Of a stretch of 56,575 nt of DNA, positions 50,076 to 56,575 are shown one piece after another. The DNA is from Macrostomum lignano (taxonomy: Eukaryota). Position numbers and translations under genes: made by a program. Position 1 is the first letter of the stretch. Every line of letters begins with the position of its first letter. The stretch spans positions 1 through 56,575 of the forward strand of contig NIVC01001582.1 in NCBI GenBank assembly GCA_002269645.1, written 5' to 3'. The notes beneath the pieces were generated by a model. That model was not told the origin of the DNA. It saw only the letters and a program-made list of their open reading frames with translations, and searched no databases.

Positions 50076-50519
50076 CTAAAACTTTCCTATTGAAATTGGA
50101 TTTTGGTAAATTAGTTAACTGTTCTATTCTTAAAATATCTGAGCTGAGCATTGCAGTCGGATCATTGTGCATGGCCTTCGAGTAGTTATAAAAACTGGCA
50201 TTCTGTTTCATACACCTTCATTCGTCAGGCTCAACAAAACTCGCGTGACTGACAGGCCACCGGCAGCCAATGCAGGTGAGTCTCTGCTGCAGAAGCCGCC
50301 CCCCCCCAGTGCTTTCCTCTGGGTCGGATGTTGACTGTCGGCAAATTTGCTCTGGGAGTGAGGCGGGAGCTGGCTAGCAAACAGAGCGGCGGAGCTGGGG
50401 ACTCAGGGCTGCTCGCCTTCTGACTGGCCTGACTTGTTGAGTCCGCTAGCTATACAAAAACTTGAGAAAGCGATCCAGCCGAGCCTTGAGCTGCGTGACC
50501 AGCGCAGAGCTGCAGCGGG

Positions 50520-51608
50520 ATGATTCAGGCCAAGCTAAAGAGCTTCCGCGAGCTCAAGGCGGAGAAGGCCAACCGGTTGGAGACCTGGCGGCTGCAGCTG
50601 CGGCTCCGCCTCATGGACAAGGAGAGCGGGCACCGGAGCCACCTCAGCTACTTGGAGCGGAAGAAAATCGTCAGGCAGATGGACTCGGTGCGCAGCACCA
50701 CCGGCTACAGTCCTTTGAGCGTGCCGCCGCTGCCCGCCGACCGCGCGCTCAAGGACAGTCAGTACTTCACATCTAGCCAGCGCGTCAGCGAACGCGCATT
50801 GAGAAAATGGCGCGTCCAGGAGGCGCTGCTGGAGAGGGACCTGCGACTCACGGATCTTGAGGTGCGCAAACGAGAAGAGCAGCAGGCGGCGCTGGTGAGA
50901 CTGCTTGTCGATCTCGGTGTCATCGAGGAGAGCTCCCAGATTGATAGCCTGCCCAAGGACTCGCCGCGTCAGCAGCAGCAGCAGAGGTCACCGAATCAGC
51001 CGCCGCAGCAGCTGGCCCATCAACAGAAGCGCCAGCAGGTTCAGCGCCCGCTCACCGCGGCTGCCAGTTCCGGCCCGCTGCCTCCAGTCGCTGAGGAGAA
51101 GCGAACTGCCTCTGCCTCCACCGGGCAGAAGCCGCTTGATCAGCACCAGTCGGGACCGCCGCAGCGCCGGGGCGTCACCTTCAGCGCCGACTCGAAGGCG
51201 AGTGAGGACTTGCCAGATGGCGCAGCGCCGGCGGCTCCGCTGTCCTCCATGCCACAATGGAAGCGGCAGCTCCGCTACGAGGCGCCACCGGCGCTGGGGG
51301 CGCAGCGCGAGTCGGCCCGCGTCCGCCTGGCCGTGTCGAAATCCGCTCTGCGCCGCGAGCTGCAGCAGATGGTGGACGCGCACGAGAAGGACCCGGCCAA
51401 GATCGCCCAGGCGGAGGCGGCGCGCCGCGAGCAGAGCCGCCTGGCCATGCAGCAGACGGTGAGCCACATGCGCCGGATGAGCATGCTGCCGCCAGAAGAC
51501 CACGACCCCAGTCGGAGGAGCTCCGTGTCGGCGCTGCTGCTGCTGGACCGGGACAGCAGCGGCGACGAGAGCGACGGAGCTGACTCGGCCGCTGACAAGG
51601 AGGCCTGA
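50520..51608 (+). CDS. Uncharacterised 362-aa protein: N-terminal coiled-coil, Q/P/S-rich disordered middle, helical C-terminal part
   Basis: Single non-repetitive ORF with the GC3-rich codon usage of the neighbouring genes. No family recognised. A candidate upstream donor (ATG CAG|GTGAGT) lies at 50270-50281. Confidence 0.8.
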   Translation: MIQAKLKSFRELKAEKANRLETWRLQLRLRLMDKESGHRSHLSYLERKKIVRQMDSVRSTTGYSPLSVPPLPADRALKDSQYFTSSQRVSERALRKWRVQEALLERDLRLTDLEVRKREEQQAALVRLLVDLGVIEESSQIDSLPKDSPRQQQQQRSPNQPPQQLAHQQKRQQVQRPLTAAASSGPLPPVAEEKRTASASTGQKPLDQHQSGPPQRRGVTFSADSKASEDLPDGAAPAAPLSSMPQWKRQLRYEAPPALGAQRESARVRLAVSKSALRRELQQMVDAHEKDPAKIAQAEAARREQSRLAMQQTVSHMRRMSMLPPEDHDPSRRSSVSALLLLDRDSSGDESDGADSAADKEA

Positions 51609-51707
51609 GAAGAGTCGAAATTTGCAGAATGTACACAAAAACAGTCTCGGCCGCTGACAAGGAGGCCTGAGAAGAGTCGCAATTTGCAGAATGTACACAA
51701 AAACAGT
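51584..51707 (+). repeat. 62-bp direct tandem duplication spanning the stop codon
   Basis: CTCGGCCGCTGACAAGGAGGCCTGAGAAGAGTCG(A/C)AATTTGCAGAATGTACACAAAAACAGT at 51584 and 51646. Confidence 0.95.
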
Positions 51708-52215
51708 CTTTGAATTTTTTGCTTTACTTACTATGTTCTACTTTCTCACAACTAAAGTACCATATAGCTGGACCATGCAACATGTAACCTGTACCTGAAG
51801 CGCTGGGCCCCCGGCCCGCTGACAATGCTTCTTCAGTACGTATTTCACTATAAAACAAGGCAGTATGTTTACAATCTTTTGTACATGAACACAATTGTCC
51901 GCTATCTTTACTTCAATTCGCAACGCGAGACCAGGATAATCAGTCCTGTGCTATGGCAACTTTAAGTTCTTTTCCTGAATAGGAAATTTTCCTGTAGCAC
52001 TCGCCTGTTAGAGAAAATTTGTAGTTTTTTTGGACACTAGTACTCATAAATGCCATGAATATACTTTTTAGTATCCTTTTAAAACTAACTACATGTACAA
52101 TTTATGCGGTTGGTAACTGCAGAAAAAGTAACCAATGAATATATTTTTAAAATTTTATAGTTGCTTTTGAGAATACTTGCTATCATGGATAAATTTGGAT
52201 AGACATACCAGCTCG

Positions 52216-52544
52216 CAGGAACGTATCCATGGATTTTATGGTAGGGGGAACAAAGCCAAGAAGTCAACATGTACATGACTAAATTCCTACAATTCCATTA
52301 TTTTAAGAATCGTGTTGTCAGCGCTCATTTTGGCGCCGCAGGCACTCATTATTTTAGCGCCGCAGGCACTCATTTTGGCGCCTAAAAAAGGCGCTATATT
52401 TTGGCGCCCTGAAGAAAAATTATTCATTAACACAACGAGTCACAAGGTGGGGTTGGGGGGGACAAAGCATTGGCATATCCCCCCATTGCTTTTACTGGGG
52501 GGGGACATGTCCCCCTTGTCCCCCCCCGGTTGGCGACGCGCCTG
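52216..52544. mobile_element. hAT-family MITE, 329 bp, with perfect 8-bp TSD
   Basis: CCAGCTCG at 52208-52215 and 52545-52552; imperfect TIR CAGGAACGTATCCA vs TGGCGACGCGCCTG; subterminal GGGGGACATGTCCCCC palindrome. Confidence 0.9.
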
Positions 52545-53741
52545 CCAGCTCGTATCTATAGTATTTGAACCTTTAGCGAGCGATGGTTAGTTGAATGATC
52601 GATGTGATTCTACAAGTGCTCGGTGCAGTGAAATTTTTTTTTCATTTCTATTTGCCAATTTATCTGCTTAGCTCGTAGCCTTCAGAAAAATGACTCTTTT
52701 TGAAAAACGATACAAAACAAGGATGGCTTAATTCGATCTGGTTATGTCGATTATGCATTTTTTGATTATAAAAACTGGCCTTACAAAAATCACAGAAAAT
52801 TCGCGTCCCGTACCTCTATACATTAGTTTCCGAATTTTCGATTTCACCATAAATTTTCAATAAAGAACAATGTTTCTGCAGAACAAAATCATTTATAAAA
52901 TTTACAGCAAAACATTTACATTCATAATACGGACTATGACCTTAGGACGAACTGACAGTTATAAGCCAAATTTTATTTGTATTTTCTGTTGCTGTACATA
53001 GTTTCTTTTAAAAAGTTTCCTTGAGATTTTGTTCAATGCAATGCATTCTAAATAATAAGTATTCAATAACTTATTTATAGTCCGTTTGTTTTTTACGTTG
53101 CACGTGGATGTGCTCCATTTGAGATATCAATGTTCCAAGAAACGAGCCATCACATTCATAGGGGCGATAATTTTACACACCCTCCACTGGCTGCTGTTTA
53201 AGAACCTGTTTCAGTTGTTGTCCAATATAATGCAAAAAGATGAGCAGTCTGATTAGTCATAATTAGTCGCAAACGCGTATTATGTATAGTTTCATCTAAG
53301 TTACATGAATTGAATTGGATAGAATAAAAGATGCTGTGAATTAACCATTAAATTGAATCTTATCATACTAAATCTACCATTCAGGAAAGGAATATGATAT
53401 TAAGGATGTAGTAAGAAAATACGGATTTCAGACCATTATGATATATAGTGTTTTAGAATAGTAATATTTAGTTAGTATTTTAGATTTTTTTAAACTTTTT
53501 ATATACATATTTTTAAGCTTCCAATTTTGTTTGTTAATTAAGAACTTTGTTTGATTTATTTTACCTATTATTTCTAAACAAATATTATATTACAGTATTT
53601 TACTGTTGTCTCAAATGAAAAAACCCAATGTCAAGTTTTCTTATTAGACTTAGGTTCAAGCCTATATGAGACTTCAGATTTTTATATTTAAGCAAGGCAG
53701 GATTATAGTTCCATTTTTTTGTTTTGAAAATGAGTTGAAAG

Positions 53742-53928
53742 CAGTAGCACAACCTGAAATTTGTTAAGGGGCAGCTTCTGGAGGGTAAAGACCCAAGAGG
53801 GAGAGTAGAGGGGATGGCTCTGTATTTTGATAAAAATTTGCTTGGCCTGTTCCTTTAAATTCCCTCTGTTTTTCTAGTCTCTACCTGAGAGGGGCTGCCT
53901 TTCTCCCTGCCCCCTGGTTGTGCCATTG
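53742..53928. mobile_element. Older hAT-family MITE, 187 bp, with 7/8 TSD and CpG-decayed TIRs
   Basis: GTTGAAAG at 53734-53741 and GTTGAAAA at 53929-53936; ends CAGTAGCACAACC and GGTTGTGCCATTG. Confidence 0.75.
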
Positions 53929-54394
53929 GTTGAAAATATACATAAGTTAGAGCCAATTTAAAGCTTGAGAAATGGATATTAAAAACCTATAGCATTGGCA
54001 CAAATAAGAGATGTAGCAGGGTATAGAAAATAGAAAGTATAAAAGTATAGGCTAGAGTCAACACACTTTATACCAAGGCTTATAGGCTATTACAAACATA
54101 AGTTTATGTATACGTGGATAATATGGTAAATTCAGCTTTTTATTGCCTTATACATAGCTTTAGCATATTAATTTTATATTGGCACTTGATACAATGTGTG
54201 TTAACTGAGCAAAAGCCAATATAGCCATAAAGCCTATATTGTAGAGTATCTAGCAATTATTAAATTACTAATTGACTCATGCCCCATTGTGCTTAGAAAT
54301 TTTAATTAATTAGGGTGAATTTCGTTTATGCCTATTATTATTTGGGGATCACTATAGAAAATTCATTTTCTATTCTAATGCGATTTCTGTCCTG

Positions 54395-56171
54395 ATGCAC
54401 CTGTGCAGTGCTGGGCCCAGTGCTTTGCGCCAGTTGTTGCTGTTAGCACTGCTTTCTATAGCGGTTTCTGCTGCACCTGACAAATGCAGCGTCTGCAACC
54501 GCCTGACAGAGGCTTTTGAGCAAGGCCTGCAGCGCACCGCCAAGGACAACTTTGGCGGGGGCAACACGCACTGGGAGGAGAGCCGCCTTGGCAGCTGGGC
54601 CAGCAGCGAAACTCGCCTTGTGGACATACAGGTAAAGCATTTGCATCCCAATTGCAGTTTTAATCCTCTACAAATAAATCTAATTGTTGTTTCACCAGCT
54701 CATCCAAATCCAGACACCCGAATCTCGAATTTGAGTATCCCGAATTCCAGAGTTCTGAATCCCAGAATCCAAGAATCCCGAATCCCAATAACCTAGAATC
54801 CTGAATCCGAGAATCCCAAATCCCAGAATCTCGAATACTGAATCCGAGAATCCCAAATCCCAGAATCTCAAATCCTGAATCCGAGAATCCCGAATCCCAG
54901 AATCCCGAATCCCAGAATCCCGAATCCCAGAATCCCGAATCCCGAATCCCGAATCCCCGAATCCCGAATCCCAGAATCTCGAATCCTGAATCCCAAAATC
55001 CAGAATCCCATCCCAGAATCTCGAATCCCATAATCCCAGAATCCCGGATCCCAGAATCTCGAATCCCCGAATCCCGAATCCCAGAATCCCGAATCCCACC
55101 ATCTCGAATCCCGAATCTCGAATCCCAGAATCCCGGATCCCAAAATTCCGGATCCCAGAATCCTGGATCCCAAAATTCCGGATCCCAGAATCCTGGATCC
55201 CAGAATCTCGAATCCCAGAATCCCCAATCCCGAATCCCAGAATCCGCGAATCCCAGAATCCCAAATCCCGAATCTACGAATCCCAGTTTCGGACGCCCCA
55301 TCAGGCAGCAACTGAGATGGCCATATAAAACCCTCCGCTGCCTGGCAGGAGCGCCTGTGCTCAGACGAAGGCAAGGAGGAGGCGGTGGCCTGTCACGCCC
55401 TGCTCGAGCAGTTCGAGGAGCCTCTCGAAGGCTGGTGGTTTGGCGACTTCCGCCGAGATCCGGGCAAATCCGCCGCCAAGGCTGCCGCCGCCCTGCGCGA
55501 ACTGCTGTGCGTGCGGACCGGCGGCCTCTGCTGCCAGCACGGCGCCTTCGGGCCACAGTGCGCCGCCTGCCCCGTCTGCGGCCTGCGCGGCCACTGCGAC
55601 GGCAATGGGACCCGCGCAGGCAGCGGCCGCTGCACCTGCGACTCCGGCTACCGGGGTGAGCTGTGCGACCAATGCGAGACCGGCCGCTACCTGGCCACCG
55701 CCGAGCCGCTCCTCTGTCTCGCCTGCCACCCCGCCTGCGGCTCCGCCGGCTGCGTTGACGGCCCCAGCGAGTCCAACTGTCGCGACTGCGCCACCGGCTA
55801 CCAGCCGGCCGAGGCCTCCGGCGCTGCCGACGGCAGAGTCTCCTGCATCGACGTGGACGAGTGCGCGGCCACGCCCGGGCCCTGCGCCGGGCCGAACGAA
55901 ACCTGCGTGAACTCGCCCGGCAGCTTCGCCTGCGACTGTCTGCCCGGCTTCCAGAGACCCGCGGCTGGCGGCGACTGCCAGCCCGCGAGACCGCGGCTGA
56001 ACTGACGGCGATTCCGCGGAAACTGGTGGCGATTCCGCGGAAACTGGTGACGATTCCGCGGAAAGTAGCGGAGAATCCGCGAAACTGGCGGAGAATCCGC
56101 GGAAACTGGCGGAGAATCCGCGGAAACTGGCGGAGAATCCGCGGAAACTGCTACTCCAGCTATGGATAAGG
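54395..56171 (+). CDS. CRELD: CRELD-family protein (cysteine-rich with EGF-like domains), partial; probably continues beyond the window
   Basis: Exon 54395..54631: signal peptide, CSVC, and NFGGGNTHWEE...SETRLVDI, the CRELD signature. Exon from 55349: CHALLE, WW, CC...GPQC, laminin-type EGF, furin-like repeat, calcium-binding EGF (DVDEC...CVNSPGSFACDC). The literal stop is at 56003-56005, but a phase-1 donor (AAG G|GTACGT) follows at 56171 in the main frame. Confidence 0.9.
54705..55285. repeat. 7/8-bp degenerate repeat (GAATCCC[A])n in CRELD intron 1
   Basis: GAATCCC, GAATCTC and GGATCCC units throughout. Confidence 0.93.
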
Positions 56172-56221
56172 GTACGTTAGTGTTAGTTGTTACTGCATTC
56201 TTATATAACTGCAGCTAGTTA

Positions 56222-56575
56222 CCACCGCTGCCCCCCTTCAACTCTCGCTGCCTCGTTACCACCGCTGCCCCCTCCTCAGTCCCTCAGTGAGCCACCGCTG
56301 CCCCCCTCAGTCCCTCAGTGAGCCACCGCTGCCCCCCCCCTCAGTCCCTCAGTGAGCCACCGCTGCCCCCCTCAGTCCTCAGTGAGCCACCCTGCCTCAC
56401 CCCCAGTCCCTCAGTGAGCCACCGCTGCCCCCCTCAGTCCCTCAGTGAGCCACCGCTGCCCCCCTCAGTCCCTCAGTGAGCCACCGCTCCCCCTCAGTCC
56501 CTCAGTGAGCCACCGCTGCCCCCTCAGTCCCTCAGTGAGCCACCGCTGCCCCCTCAGTCCCTCAGTGAGCCACCG
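56222..56575. repeat. ~31-bp minisatellite (CCCTCAGTCCCTCAGTGAGCCACCGCTGCCC)n, truncated by the window end
   Basis: Units differ in C-run length; probably in CRELD intron 2. Confidence 0.94.

Overview
Eukaryotic (metazoan) genomic DNA with GC-rich exons and GT-AG introns, many filled by locally unique minisatellites (about 18 kb, roughly a third of the window). The style resembles the flatworm Macrostomum lignano, but the organism is inferred, not shown. I could assemble nine genes by hand: an SLC10A-like transporter (-), TRAPPC13 (+), an ankyrin-repeat plus probable death-domain protein (-), a classical calpain (-), penta-ubiquitin (+), a PMP22/claudin-superfamily tetraspanin (-), a SHARPIN/HOIL-1L-like LTM-UBL-NZF protein (-), an orphan coiled-coil ORF (+) and a CRELD-family gene (+) that runs off the right edge. 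Most long ORFs in the supplied track are artefacts of tandem arrays. The most notable observations are: (1) a stand-alone SHARPIN-like gene with no RBR or PH domain, whose NZF exon is in frame only via a 1-nt indel or a satellite-derived acceptor; (2) intron-specific minisatellites that start at or include splice signals; (3) a sharply bounded 2.5-kb block with no CpG, plus hAT MITEs at different stages of CpG decay; (4) an inverted-repeat element with a hairpin and a Crypton/DUF3504-like C-terminal remnant inside a calpain intron; (5) small indels in three genes, either long-read consensus errors or early pseudogenisation; (6) a GC-AG intron in calpain. Exon coordinates were derived by eye from splice motifs, phase consistency and recalled family sequences; no database searches were run.
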